DNA of 64,000 nt from Polyangiaceae bacterium (GCA_044222475.1 JBGANF010000036.1:1-64000), one strand, 5' to 3'. Numbered from the stretch's first letter, positions 36,415 to 46,556 are shown. Numbers and translations: made by a program. The notes: a model not told the origin generated them from the sequence alone.

Positions 36415-37317
36415 ATGCCGCGCTCGATCGCCCTCACCGCGTTCCTTGCGACCGGCATCGTCGCGTGCTCGCTCGTGCTCCAGACGTCGGACGAGCAATG
36501 CGTGGTCGACGGCGACTGCGCCCGGCGGGGGGCTGCGTTTGCCGGCATGCGCTGCGTCGACCGCGTGTGCGTGAGCGGGACCGACGCCGGCGGTGACGCG
36601 GTGGCCGACGCACCGGCCGATCCGGCGTGGGGCTGCCTCGGCAACGTCGTCTTCCCTCCCCCGGCGAAGGCGAAGGTCAAGGTCACCATCCCGTTCGTCG
36701 AGCTCGTACAGAAGGTGCCCGTCACCGACATCAAGGTCCGCGCGTGCGCACGACTCGACGTCGGTTGCGCGAACCCCGTCGCACCTCTCCAGACCCCTGG
36801 CCCCGACGGCAGGGTCACGTTCGACGTGGACGCCAACTTCGACGGCTTCGCCGAGGTGCTCCCCACGACGAACGACGCCGGCGCTCCGAACTTCGTTCCA
36901 GCGCTCGTCTTCTTCAACCCGCCCCCCACCGACGATCGCGTCTACCCGACGATCCTCCTCCTCACGCCGTCCACGCTGAGCGCCGTCGCCGGCGCCGCCG
37001 GGTCGTCGGTCGACCCCAAGCTGGGCGCGATCTTCTACGCCGCGTTGAACTGCAAAGGGGAGCCCGGCGAAGGCGTCAGCGTGAGCCCCGACCGAACCGA
37101 GGCGACGACCCAAGGGTTCTACCTGATCAAGGGCGTTCCGAGCTTGAGCGCATCCGCGACCGACGGCTCGGGCTTCGGCGGGATCGTCAACACGCCGCTC
37201 AGCTTCATCAAGGTGAGCGCGCAACTCTTCGCGACGAAGAAGCCGATCGGAAGCACCGCCGTGCTCTCTCGCGCGAGCACGATCACGTACGTCTACCTCG
37301 TCCCGGCTCCGAACTGA
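36415..37317 (+). CDS. hypothetical Cys-containing lipoprotein
   Basis: IVAC lipobox, C..DGDC motif, WGCLG. Confidence 0.75.
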   Translation: MPRSIALTAFLATGIVACSLVLQTSDEQCVVDGDCARRGAAFAGMRCVDRVCVSGTDAGGDAVADAPADPAWGCLGNVVFPPPAKAKVKVTIPFVELVQKVPVTDIKVRACARLDVGCANPVAPLQTPGPDGRVTFDVDANFDGFAEVLPTTNDAGAPNFVPALVFFNPPPTDDRVYPTILLLTPSTLSAVAGAAGSSVDPKLGAIFYAALNCKGEPGEGVSVSPDRTEATTQGFYLIKGVPSLSASATDGSGFGGIVNTPLSFIKVSAQLFATKKPIGSTAVLSRASTITYVYLVPAPN

Positions 37318-37321
37318 GGGA

Positions 37322-38869
37322 ATGGGCGTGGAAGCGACGGCTCCCGAATCCACGCAGACCGGACGCTACCGTCCGATCGCCTTGCTCGGTCAAGGCGGCA
37401 TGGCGCGCGTGCTCCTCACCGTGACCACCGGACCGGCCGGCGTGCAGAAGCTGCTCGTCGTGAAGGAGATCAGGCCCGAGCTCGCGAACGACGCCGAGTT
37501 CGTCACGATGTTCATGGACGAGGCGCGGCTCGCCGCTCGCCTCAACCACCGCAACATCGTCCACACGTACGAGGTCGGCCTCGACACCGACGGCGATCAC
37601 CCGCGACCGTTCATCGTGATGGAGTACCTCGAAGGGCAATCGCTTCAGGCGCTCATCAACCGCGTCAAGCGCGACAAGATGCCGATCGAGGTGTACCTCC
37701 GCGTGTTGACGCACGCCCTCGCCGGGCTGCACTACGCTCACGAGCTCAAGGACTTCGACGGCTCGCCGCTCGACGTCGTGCACCGCGACGTGACGCCGCA
37801 GAACGTGTTCGTCGGCTACGACGGTCAGGTCAAGCTGGTCGATTTCGGGATCGCGAAGGCCGCCGGATCGGCGGCGCGGACGGAGGCCGGCACGTTCAAA
37901 GGCAAGCTCGGCTACGTCGCGCCCGAGCAGATCGACGGGAGCGACGTCGATCGTCGCGCCGACATCTTCAGCGTCGGCGTCATGATCTGGGAGGCGATCG
38001 CGCGCCGCCGCCTGACCGCAGGCGAGACGGAGGGCTCGGTGCTGCACAAACGCACCCACGGGACCCACACGCCGATCCGCCAGGTCGCCCCCGACGTCCC
38101 CGAGCGGCTCGCCGCGATCTGCGATCGCGCGATGTCGCTCGAGCGCGACGAGCGCCACGCCACCGCCGCCGAGCTCCAAGCGGAGATCGAGGCATACCTC
38201 GACACGACTCAGCCCGCCGTCTCCGACCGTGACGTCGGAGCCCTCGCCACCGAGGTCTTCGCGGTCGAGCGCGAGCGCATCCGCGAGGTCATCGAAGGAC
38301 AGCTCGCTCGCGTGAGCCGCTCGAGCAGCTTCCCCGGAGCGCTGCCCAGCCTCCCTCGGCTCGAAGTACCGAACAGCCTCCGCGCGCCACGCCCTTCGGA
38401 TCCACCGCTCGAGAACGCCGTCGCCTCGACCCACTCGTCGCCCCCAGCCGGAACGGCCAACGCGAGCCACGCCCCGGCGTTCACCGTCACCAACCCTCGG
38501 GAGCGCGTTCCCCGCGGACCCGCGATCGCGATCGCGATCGTGCTCGTCCTCGGGCTCGGCGTCGGGGCCTTCGTGCTTCGCAACCGACGAGCGGACGCGC
38601 CGGCGGCGAACGCCAGCGCTGCCGCGACGCAGACGAACGCGACACCCACGAGCCCCACCACGACGGGCGAGACGACGTCCGTCACCGCGAACGCCGCAGA
38701 CGCGGGCGTCGCTCACGGCGACGTCGGCGTGAAGCACGCGACGCCGGTCCGCGGAGCCGCCTCGATCGCGGCGAGCGCGACGCCGAGCACCACCGCCAGC
38801 GGCGCCGGCGCCGACATCCCCAAAGATCCGAAGCCGAAGCACACCATCGACGAGAAGGACCCGTACTGA
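37322..38869 (+). CDS. Hanks-type Ser/Thr protein kinase, membrane-anchored
   Basis: LGQGGMA, VVKE, HRDVTPQN, DFGIAK, YVAPEQ, DIFSVG; TM helix. Confidence 0.95.
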   Translation: MGVEATAPESTQTGRYRPIALLGQGGMARVLLTVTTGPAGVQKLLVVKEIRPELANDAEFVTMFMDEARLAARLNHRNIVHTYEVGLDTDGDHPRPFIVMEYLEGQSLQALINRVKRDKMPIEVYLRVLTHALAGLHYAHELKDFDGSPLDVVHRDVTPQNVFVGYDGQVKLVDFGIAKAAGSAARTEAGTFKGKLGYVAPEQIDGSDVDRRADIFSVGVMIWEAIARRRLTAGETEGSVLHKRTHGTHTPIRQVAPDVPERLAAICDRAMSLERDERHATAAELQAEIEAYLDTTQPAVSDRDVGALATEVFAVERERIREVIEGQLARVSRSSSFPGALPSLPRLEVPNSLRAPRPSDPPLENAVASTHSSPPAGTANASHAPAFTVTNPRERVPRGPAIAIAIVLVLGLGVGAFVLRNRRADAPAANASAAATQTNATPTSPTTTGETTSVTANAADAGVAHGDVGVKHATPVRGAASIAASATPSTTASGAGADIPKDPKPKHTIDEKDPY

Positions 38870-39855
38870 TGAGCCGTTCCCGGGGCGTCGCAATCGTTGT
38901 ACTATGCACTCTTCTCGCGACGGCGAGTGCGCGTCCCGCGTTCGCTGGGCCGACGCCCGAGCAGATCGAAGAAGGCCGCGGTCACTTCAACCGGGGCGTC
39001 GAGTTCTACAAGGAGAACGACTTTCGCGCCGCGCTCGTCGAGTTCAAGCGCGCGTACGACATCGCTCCCAACTACAAGGTCCTCTACAACCTCGGCTACA
39101 CGAGCCTCGAGCTGCAGGACTACGCGTCGGCGCTGCGCTACCTCGAGCGCTACCTGGCCGACGGCGGCGCCGACGTCGCGGCCGACCGCAAGACGAAGGT
39201 CGGTCAGGAGATCGAGAAGCTCCAGAAGCGCGTCGCGCGCATCACGATCGACGTCAACGTGGAGGGCGCGGAGATCCTCGTCGACGACGTCGTCGTCGGG
39301 AAGACTCCGTTGAGCGAGGCCGTGCTCGTCAGCGCCGGTCGTCGCCGAATCGTGGCGCAGAAAGGCTCGGCGAGCCAGACGCGGCTCGTCGACGTCGCCG
39401 GCGGCGACGTGCAGAAGCTGAGCTTCGAGCTCGCCTCGGCGGCGCCGCCGCCGCCGCCGCCCGCCCACGGTGATACGCCGCCGCCGATCACCGTCGCGCC
39501 GGTCGAACCGAAGAGCAACCCGCTGCCGCCGGGCGTGTGGGTCGGCGTCGCTGTCACCGGCGCGCTCGGCGTCGCGACGGTCGTCACCGGTGTCCTCGCG
39601 CTGTCGGCCAAGGGAGCGTTCGAGGACGCGATCGCCCGTCCGGGCGTGACGACCACCGAGGTCGACGACGCGCGCTCCAAGACGCGCACCTTCGCCCTCG
39701 TCACCGACGTGCTCGGCGGGGCGACCATCGTGTCGGCGGCGGTCACGCTGATCGTCGCGCTCACGCGAGGCAAGTCCGCTCCCGACGAGCGACCGGTGGG
39801 CGCGCTGCGCGTTCAGGTCTCGCCGTTCGGGGCGTCGCTCACGGGGTCGTTCTGA
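38869..39855 (+). CDS. TPR-PEGA domain protein
   Basis: HFNRGVEFY..LYNLG TPR; GAEILVDD..VGKTPL PEGA; C-terminal L.GSF. Confidence 0.85.
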   Translation: MSRSRGVAIVVLCTLLATASARPAFAGPTPEQIEEGRGHFNRGVEFYKENDFRAALVEFKRAYDIAPNYKVLYNLGYTSLELQDYASALRYLERYLADGGADVAADRKTKVGQEIEKLQKRVARITIDVNVEGAEILVDDVVVGKTPLSEAVLVSAGRRRIVAQKGSASQTRLVDVAGGDVQKLSFELASAAPPPPPPAHGDTPPPITVAPVEPKSNPLPPGVWVGVAVTGALGVATVVTGVLALSAKGAFEDAIARPGVTTTEVDDARSKTRTFALVTDVLGGATIVSAAVTLIVALTRGKSAPDERPVGALRVQVSPFGASLTGSF

Positions 39856-40271
39856 TCCGCCGCGGTTTGCCTCTTGGTGCGCTCGTGATCGCGTGCCATG
39901 CGGCGCCGGCCGCCCACGATGAGGTGGTGCCAGTCCCGCTCGCCACCACGAGGCCATCGGCCGACTCGAGCGCGCTCGTCACCGATGCGAGCGTCGTCGA
40001 GGCCGCGGCGGCGACCATCGATGCGAGCCCGATCGATGCGAGCCCAATCGATGCGACCCGCGCCGACGCCGTGCAAACCGACCCACCTGGCATGCACGGC
40101 TCCAACGTCCCCTGCAAGACGGATGACGATTGTTGGGCCGACGGGATCAGGGCGATTCCTCGCCCCAAGGCGCTGCGGGGAAAGAAGTTTCGACCGTGCG
40201 TCGACGGTGAGCACCAGCCGTTGTGCAGCCCGGGGCGCGGTACCTGCATGACGATGAGCTTCGGTTGCTAG
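39852..40271 (+). CDS. small Cys-rich lipoprotein
   Basis: VIAC lipobox, IDASP repeats, CKTDDDC motif; start uncertain. Confidence 0.55.
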   Translation: MIRRGLPLGALVIACHAAPAAHDEVVPVPLATTRPSADSSALVTDASVVEAAAATIDASPIDASPIDATRADAVQTDPPGMHGSNVPCKTDDDCWADGIRAIPRPKALRGKKFRPCVDGEHQPLCSPGRGTCMTMSFGC

Positions 40272-40287
40272 TCGTACCTTCTTGGTA

Positions 40288-40485
40288 CTACTGAGCCGTG
40301 CTCACGTCGGCCGGTGCCGTGTCGGGTGCGGCGTCGGTCGCGTCTTTCTTCACGTCGGGCACCGCGCCGTCGGGCAGCGTGCACACGCCCGGCGTGTCGC
40401 AGTAGTCGTCCGGCGCGTCGCTGCACGCGGCGAGGCCGGCACCGACCGCAATCACGACCGTCAGCGCGAGAGCCCAGACGCGCAT
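40288..40485 (-). CDS. small lipoprotein
   Basis: MRVWALALTVVIAVGAGLAAC..., 65 aa; ATG overlaps the upstream stop. Confidence 0.65.
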   Translation of the reverse strand: MRVWALALTVVIAVGAGLAACSDAPDDYCDTPGVCTLPDGAVPDVKKDATDAAPDTAPADVSTAQ

Positions 40486-41600
40486 CAGAACGAACCTCCG
40501 AGGTCGAGCGACACGAAGCCGGCGCCGACCTGCGGAGAGACCTGGACCGGTGCCGCCTTCTTCGAGGTTGCGGCGAAGACGATCAAGCTCACCCCACCCG
40601 CGAGGAAGATGAGACCCGACACCAACGAGATGATGCTCAGCGTGTGTTGCGTTCCCTGCGAGTCGCGCTTGGACTTGTAGTCGAGACACCGCGAGTCGTC
40701 CGGGTTCACGCAGACGCCCGTGTTGGCGTAGGCGTTCGCCTCGTCACGCGAAGAGTTGCTGCCCGCGGCGAACGCGCCGAAGCCGACGAACCCCAGGATG
40801 CCGCCAGCGGTCAGGATCCCGCCGACGGCGATCGCCGGCCCCTTCGACTTCGGTGGCCCGTCGGGCGGGGGCGGCGCGCTAGCGGTCGCCGTCGGAGGAG
40901 GAGGCGCGCTCGCCGTGGCGGTCACCGTCGGCACGACGGTGGCGCTCGGCGGAGGCGGCGGAGTCGTCGCGCTGGGCGGCGGGGGAGGCACGGTGGCGCT
41001 GGGCGGCGGTGCGACCCCCGCGTCGACCGTCTCGCGTGGGACGTCCTTGTGGAGCTCGATGAGTACGGCCTTCCCGTTGAAGAGCGTCTGCTTCGTCGAC
41101 TTCGTCGACGTCGGCCACACGGCTTCGATGTCGTGATCACCCGACGCGATGAACAACGGCTTCGTGATGGGCGACGTACCGACGAACTTCCCGTCGACTG
41201 AGACGCGCGCGCCCGGATCGATGTTGAAATCGAACTGGCCGACGCGGAGCTTCGTGTCGTTGAAGACGCGTTCGACGTCGGGACGAAGCGGATCGGACTT
41301 CGTGCGCGGATCGTCCAGCCACTGTTGGAAGTGGGTGGCCGCCTCGACCCACATCGAGAGCTCGACCTCGGTGAGGGCGAGGTTCTTCGGGCAGTTGATC
41401 GTCTGGACGACGGCGCACGCTTGCACGAACTTCAACCGCGCGGCGGAGAACTGCTTCTGGTCGAAGAGGGCCTTGCCCTCGAGGAAGCGCTTCTGCGCCT
41501 CGTCCCCCTCGCTCGATTGGGCGTGGGTGGCAGCAGCGAAGAGCAAGCCCGAGGCGATCCCCATCGAGAGGACGACCGCCAGATGTGCCTTACGGTTCAT
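40485..41600 (-). CDS. TPR-PEGA domain protein
   Basis: Signal peptide, TPR-like helices, GARVSVDGKFVGTSP, Pro/Thr linker, C-terminal LGGSF. Confidence 0.85.
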   Translation of the reverse strand: MNRKAHLAVVLSMGIASGLLFAAATHAQSSEGDEAQKRFLEGKALFDQKQFSAARLKFVQACAVVQTINCPKNLALTEVELSMWVEAATHFQQWLDDPRTKSDPLRPDVERVFNDTKLRVGQFDFNIDPGARVSVDGKFVGTSPITKPLFIASGDHDIEAVWPTSTKSTKQTLFNGKAVLIELHKDVPRETVDAGVAPPPSATVPPPPPSATTPPPPPSATVVPTVTATASAPPPPTATASAPPPPDGPPKSKGPAIAVGGILTAGGILGFVGFGAFAAGSNSSRDEANAYANTGVCVNPDDSRCLDYKSKRDSQGTQHTLSIISLVSGLIFLAGGVSLIVFAATSKKAAPVQVSPQVGAGFVSLDLGGSF

Positions 41601-42771
41601 TGATCAACGAGGGCTTGGTGGAGGTGGGCGGCGGCGGTGGCGTCGTCGCGGTCGGCGTCGTCGCCGGCGGCGGAGCGGTCGTTGCAGGCGCGGTCGGCGT
41701 CGCCGTGGGACGACTCGTAGCATGGGTCGTGGTCGCCGCGGTGGTGTGCGTACCGCCTCCGGTCGCGGTCGTGGCGACCGACGGAGGAGCGGCAGCGCTC
41801 GCGGTCGTCGACGGAGCGACGCTCGCGGAGGGTGCCGCGCTCGCGGTGGCGACCGCCGATCCGCTCGCTGGCGGGGCAGAAGTCACCGCGTGCACCGAGG
41901 ACGCCGTGGGCGGAGCGGCCGATGCCGCGGCGCTCGGAGTGGCGGTGTCGGTCGGGCGTGCCGGCTCCGCGCCGCCGAAGCGGTTGTGGGTGAAGTACCA
42001 GCCGAGCCCGCCCGCCACGAGGATCGCAGCGAGCGCGAACCAGATGCCGCTCTTGGGCTTGTCCGCGTCGGCGTCGAGCGCCTTGAGCGTCGGAAAACGC
42101 GCGCCTGCCGGGTCGGCTTCGCGCTTCGCGTTCTTGGGCCCGCCCTCGAGCGCTTCGCGCGCGGAGACGATCGGCTTCTTCTCGGGCTCGCTCTTCTTCG
42201 GTGTCTCGGGCGCCTTCTCGGCGTCCTTGACGAGCGCCACTGGAATCGACTGCTCTGGTTTCGAGTCGCTCGGCTTGTCGGACGGCGGCACCGAAATCGC
42301 CGCCGACACTCGCGTCTTCGCCAGCTCGGACTTCGGTCCTTCCTTCTCGAGGTCGAGCGAAGTGACCGGCTGGGTCGACGGCGACATCTCCGTCGGCGGC
42401 GCGGGCTCGATCGTCGGCTCGTCTTGGACGTCGGCGTAGGGCTCGACCGCGGTCACCGGATCGCCGCGATCGAGCTGACGCCGAGCCGAGCTCGGGCTCG
42501 CTTCTTCGACCACGGGGGGCGTCGGCGACGTGCGCGAGCCGTAGGCGAAGAGCGGCAGCGGCGGCGGCTTCGGGCTCGTCGCGACGGGAGTCTCGCGCGC
42601 CGTCTTCTTGCGGTCGAGCGTCGGCGGATCGAGCGTGGGGGGCTCGATTTCGTCGGCGTCCGTCGATGCAGGAGCGGGCGGAGGAGCCGATTTCGCCTTG
42701 GCGCTGTTCGCTCCCAGGTCCTGGAGCATGCCCTCGAGGCCGAGGAACGTAGGCTTCTCCGAGTCACTCAT
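41590..42771 (-). CDS. low-complexity single-TM hypothetical protein
   Basis: Pro/Glu/Lys-rich N-terminal half, TM GIWFALAAILVAGGLGWYF, Thr/Ala-rich C-terminal half. Confidence 0.75.
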   Translation of the reverse strand: MSDSEKPTFLGLEGMLQDLGANSAKAKSAPPPAPASTDADEIEPPTLDPPTLDRKKTARETPVATSPKPPPLPLFAYGSRTSPTPPVVEEASPSSARRQLDRGDPVTAVEPYADVQDEPTIEPAPPTEMSPSTQPVTSLDLEKEGPKSELAKTRVSAAISVPPSDKPSDSKPEQSIPVALVKDAEKAPETPKKSEPEKKPIVSAREALEGGPKNAKREADPAGARFPTLKALDADADKPKSGIWFALAAILVAGGLGWYFTHNRFGGAEPARPTDTATPSAAASAAPPTASSVHAVTSAPPASGSAVATASAAPSASVAPSTTASAAAPPSVATTATGGGTHTTAATTTHATSRPTATPTAPATTAPPPATTPTATTPPPPPTSTKPSLINEP

Positions 42772-42874
42772 GGCCGCGGGATGAATGTGACCCGGTTGCG
42801 GTCGCTCGCGCAACCTCTTCTGCCGTGGGCGCGCCACGCACACGTGCGCCCATTGACTTACCGGGGTGAGTTCG

Positions 42875-44800
42875 TCAGGGCACTGGCTCGGGGTTCACGC
42901 CGTGCGTGCGTGCGTTCTGGCAGCCCAGCTCGACACCCGTCGGACCGTCCTTCGTCTTGACGATCTTGAACTCGACGCGGCGGTTCTTCTCCCACGCGTC
43001 TTCGTTGTGGCCCGGATCTTCGGGGCAATACTCGCCGTAGCCCTTCGATCGGAGCCTCGAGCGATCGACACCGCGCGCCACGAGGGCCGCGTCGACCGAG
43101 TTCACGCGATCCTGCGTGAGCTTGAGGTTGTAGTCGTCGGGCGCGCGCTCGTCGGCGTGACCGGCGATCTCGACGAGCAAGAACTCCGGGTGGTGGATGA
43201 GCGTCGTCGCGACGGCGTCGAGGATCTGGTTCGACTCCGGCAGGATCTCCGCCGAGGCCGTCTTGAACTTGATCTTCTTGAGGATGAGGATGTCGTTGCC
43301 TTGGATCGAGACGTCGCCCTTGTCGGGGCAACCGTCCTCGTCCTCGAAGCCGTTGAAGGTCTCGGGCTCGTTCGGGCACTTGTCCTTGATGTCGGGGATG
43401 CCGTCGCCGTCGTTGTCCGGGTCGGGGCAGCCGTCTTCGTCCTGGAAGCCGTCCTTGTCTTCCGGATCGTTCGGGCACTGATCCTTCTTGTCGGGGATGC
43501 CGTCCTGATCGTTGTCCGGATCCGGGCAACCGTCGGTGTCCTGGAAGCCGTCGCGATCTTCGGGGACGTCGGGGCACTTGTCGCGCGAGTCGAGGATGCC
43601 GTCGCCGTCGCGATCGCCGTCGCTGCCTTCGGGGCAACCGTCGTCGTCGTGATCGCCGTCGCGGTCTTCGGGCTCGTTCGGGCAGCGATCGTCGACGTCG
43701 AGGATGCCGTCGTTGTCGTTGTCCGGATCGGGGCAACCGTCTTCGTCCTTGTAGCCGTCGAAGTCTTCCGGCTGCTCCGGGCACTTGTCGACGTCGTCCT
43801 TGTAGCCGTCGCCGTCCTTGTCGCCGATGCTCGGCTCGAAGATGAAGCCGATGAACGCGCGTCCGTCCGCGGCTTCGAAGCCGTTCGTGTAGCGCGTGCC
43901 GCCGCCGAGGAGGAAGTAGCTGTTGCGGTCGACGAAGAGCTTGATGCCTCCGGTGACCTCGTTCGACGGCTTGAGGTTCCCCGTCGCCGACGAGAGGAGG
44001 TACGTGCCGTACGTGTCGAGCACGAGATCGACCGCGTCGCTCACGCGGTACGAGAGGCCGAGCGAATACGTGATGCGGTGTCCGTCCACGAACGTGTCGC
44101 CGTCGCGGAGCGGACGGATCGTCGAGTCGGTCACGTTGTGGGCGCGGAAGCCGGCGTTGAGACCGATGCGGAAGCGACCGGTCGCGCCGAAGCGCTTCTC
44201 TCCGATGAGCTGCGGCCAGACGAAGAAGCCCGGGTCGGCCGCGCCGTCGCCCGCAGCGGCGTTGAGGGTGGGCCCGCCTTGGACCGCGAGAGCGAGGCCG
44301 AAGCCCTTCTCGACGCGGGTGATGCGCCACTTCGCGTGGAGCGCGAAGAAGCCGAGCGTCTGCGAATCGAGACCCTTCGCGAACCAGCCGCTCGGCGCGC
44401 CGCTGCCCTGCGGGTCGCCGACCATCAGGTTCACCGGAACGTTGAGACCCACGACCACGTGGTTGAAGAGGCCGAAGTTGAACTGGAAGGTGCCGGTGAA
44501 ACTGTGCGCGATGAGGTGGTGGGTGGGCTGACCGGTGGCGTCGTTCGAGTCCATGCGGAGCAGCGAGCGCCCGTAGTCGATCACCAGCCCGAGGCTGAAG
44601 TCGGTGTGACCGAGGATGTCGCTACCGTTCGTCGCGTAGAACCCCTTCGAGTCGAGGGCAGGCCGGAAGAGGTGGGTGTCGAACCCGCTTCCATTCGTGA
44701 CCGCGGGCTCGGCGTGGGCCGTGGACGCGATCGCGCTCAGGGACGCCGCTGCGGCGAGTGGCAAAAGGAAGCGCAAACCCTGGAAACCACGAGCTCTCAT
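42875..44800 (-). CDS. outer-membrane beta-barrel + TSP3 repeats + OmpA domain protein (TraB-like architecture)
   Basis: Signal peptide; five ~33-aa D.D.DG..D..D.CP..PED.DG..D.DGCP units; GHAD..YNLKL...R..SV, KNRRVEF. Confidence 0.9.
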   Translation of the reverse strand: MRARGFQGLRFLLPLAAAASLSAIASTAHAEPAVTNGSGFDTHLFRPALDSKGFYATNGSDILGHTDFSLGLVIDYGRSLLRMDSNDATGQPTHHLIAHSFTGTFQFNFGLFNHVVVGLNVPVNLMVGDPQGSGAPSGWFAKGLDSQTLGFFALHAKWRITRVEKGFGLALAVQGGPTLNAAAGDGAADPGFFVWPQLIGEKRFGATGRFRIGLNAGFRAHNVTDSTIRPLRDGDTFVDGHRITYSLGLSYRVSDAVDLVLDTYGTYLLSSATGNLKPSNEVTGGIKLFVDRNSYFLLGGGTRYTNGFEAADGRAFIGFIFEPSIGDKDGDGYKDDVDKCPEQPEDFDGYKDEDGCPDPDNDNDGILDVDDRCPNEPEDRDGDHDDDGCPEGSDGDRDGDGILDSRDKCPDVPEDRDGFQDTDGCPDPDNDQDGIPDKKDQCPNDPEDKDGFQDEDGCPDPDNDGDGIPDIKDKCPNEPETFNGFEDEDGCPDKGDVSIQGNDILILKKIKFKTASAEILPESNQILDAVATTLIHHPEFLLVEIAGHADERAPDDYNLKLTQDRVNSVDAALVARGVDRSRLRSKGYGEYCPEDPGHNEDAWEKNRRVEFKIVKTKDGPTGVELGCQNARTHGVNPEPVP

Positions 44801-44951
44801 TCCGCCCTCCAAAATCGCGGCGACGCTACCACGATCTCTCGCGGAAGTGCATTTTCTGGGGGAAAGAAGCGCCGGTTCGAGCGTTCGACGAGAATGAGCG
44901 CACCGGCCCGAAACTGGGTACGCTACGCTCCCTCAGCTCGCCCTTCCCGTC

Positions 44952-46556
44952 ATGTGTTCGAAACGCCTCGCCCTTTGGACGCTCCGTGCCGGCGCCGCGC
45001 TCACGTTGGGGGCCGCACTCATGAGCGCGTCGCACGACGCCGTCGCCGACGCCTCTCTCAACGGGAGGTGGAAACAGGGACCCTTGAAGGAGGAGTTCAC
45101 CGTCCACCAGTGGCTCGCCGGCTGCGGCCCAGCGCCCACCAACTCGTCGAGCGGCGGCGGCGAGATCGTGACGATCAACCAAGAGGGCGACGAGCTGTCG
45201 TTCGTCGGCGGGGGCCGCGTCTACAAGACGAACCAGTGCTACGACCCGCTTCCCACGTTGGGACGAACGGCTCACTCGCACGATCCGAACGCGCGTACGT
45301 GGCGCACGCGCTGTGAGACCCCAGCCGCCGATCCGCGACGCGCAACGATCAACACGCTCGTGTCGGCGACGTCCGACTCGCACATCGACGTCGTCGAAAC
45401 CGGCCGGTACGAGATCACGCTGACGGACGGGAAGTGCCTCGCCGACATCAAGCGATCGCGCAGCTTCGATCTCGTCCAGAGCGACACGCCCCCGCCGACG
45501 GTCACCGCGACGACGCCGCCTCCACCGACGACGACCACGCCCCCTCCGCCTCCGCCGAAGCAGTGCTCGAGCCCGGGCGAACCAGCGCGCCTCGAAGTGC
45601 GGCCTTCACGCAAGCTGCTCCGTCAGGGTGAGACGTTCACCTTCCGCGCGATCGTCCTCGACGCCGAAGGGTGCGCGACGAAGACCCCGACGACGTGGAG
45701 CGGAGGCGACCCGGCGAAGAAGATCGCCGTCGACGCCTCCGGCAGCGTCACCGTCGCGAGCGACGCTCCCGAAGGAACGACGGAGATCGTCGCGACTGCG
45801 GCCGGCAAGAGCGCCAAAGTCACCGTCGACGTCGCGTCGGCTGGCCACTACGACGACCTGCTCGCGCAGTCGGGCCTCAACGCCGCAGGCGAGAGCGACA
45901 CCGCATCGACGACCGTGATCGCATCGAGCTCGCTGGGAGGCGGTGACGCGCAAGCGGAAGACTCGAGCAAGCGCAGGCGAACGATCTTCATCGCGGTCGT
46001 CGGCGGGCTCGCGTTCATCCTCGGCATCCTCGCCATCATCGGCATCCGCCGCTCGCGGCGCGCCGCGGCGCTCGAGCGCGAAGCCGCTCTCCGTCACGAA
46101 GAGAAGATGCGCGACTTCGAGGACCGCAAACGCCAGAAGCAGTCCGAGTACGAAGCGCAGATGAAGGCCCACGAGGAGAGCGTCGCCGCCGTCGAGGCGG
46201 CGAAGGCCCGCGCTACCGCGGCCGGCGCCGAAGCGGGGATGGAGTGTCCCTCGTGCCGTCGCGAGTTCCCGGCCGCGAGCCAGTTCTGTCCGCACGACGG
46301 AAACCGCCTCGTCCCGCGCAAGGGGACGGCGGGCCCGCTGGGCATGGTCTGCCCGACCTGCAAGCGCGGCTACGACTCTGGAACGAAGACCTGCCCGGCC
46401 GACGGGGACGAGCTCGTCCCGTACGCCATGTATTCCGCTACCGCACAACCTGCGCCAAAGGCGAAGGGCAAGATTTGCCCGACTTGCGGTGGGCGCTTCG
46501 ACGGAGGCGCAGGATTCTGCGGGAAAGACGGCACTGCGCTCGTCTTGATCAACTGA
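44952..46556 (+). CDS. single-pass membrane protein: Ig-like ectodomain, coiled coil, three C-terminal zinc ribbons
   Basis: RLEVRPS..(Big-like); TM IFIAVVGGLAFILGILAII; CPSC..FCPHDG, CPTC..TCPADG, CPTC..FCGKDG. Confidence 0.8.
   Translation: MCSKRLALWTLRAGAALTLGAALMSASHDAVADASLNGRWKQGPLKEEFTVHQWLAGCGPAPTNSSSGGGEIVTINQEGDELSFVGGGRVYKTNQCYDPLPTLGRTAHSHDPNARTWRTRCETPAADPRRATINTLVSATSDSHIDVVETGRYEITLTDGKCLADIKRSRSFDLVQSDTPPPTVTATTPPPPTTTTPPPPPPKQCSSPGEPARLEVRPSRKLLRQGETFTFRAIVLDAEGCATKTPTTWSGGDPAKKIAVDASGSVTVASDAPEGTTEIVATAAGKSAKVTVDVASAGHYDDLLAQSGLNAAGESDTASTTVIASSSLGGGDAQAEDSSKRRRTIFIAVVGGLAFILGILAIIGIRRSRRAAALEREAALRHEEKMRDFEDRKRQKQSEYEAQMKAHEESVAAVEAAKARATAAGAEAGMECPSCRREFPAASQFCPHDGNRLVPRKGTAGPLGMVCPTCKRGYDSGTKTCPADGDELVPYAMYSATAQPAPKAKGKICPTCGGRFDGGAGFCGKDGTALVLIN

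Noticed and set aside
43320..43830. ~99-nt periodic repeats resembling an array
   Set aside because: Coding TSP3 repeats within the OmpA gene; no identical repeats with unique spacers and no cas genes, so not CRISPR.
42866..45316. Long antisense or alternate-frame ORFs (this one, also 6120-8552, 13687-16314, 28150-30435, 33821-36325)
   Set aside because: Shadow ORFs caused by high GC3 bias; they overlap genes with clear motifs and have Arg-rich or antisense-type composition.
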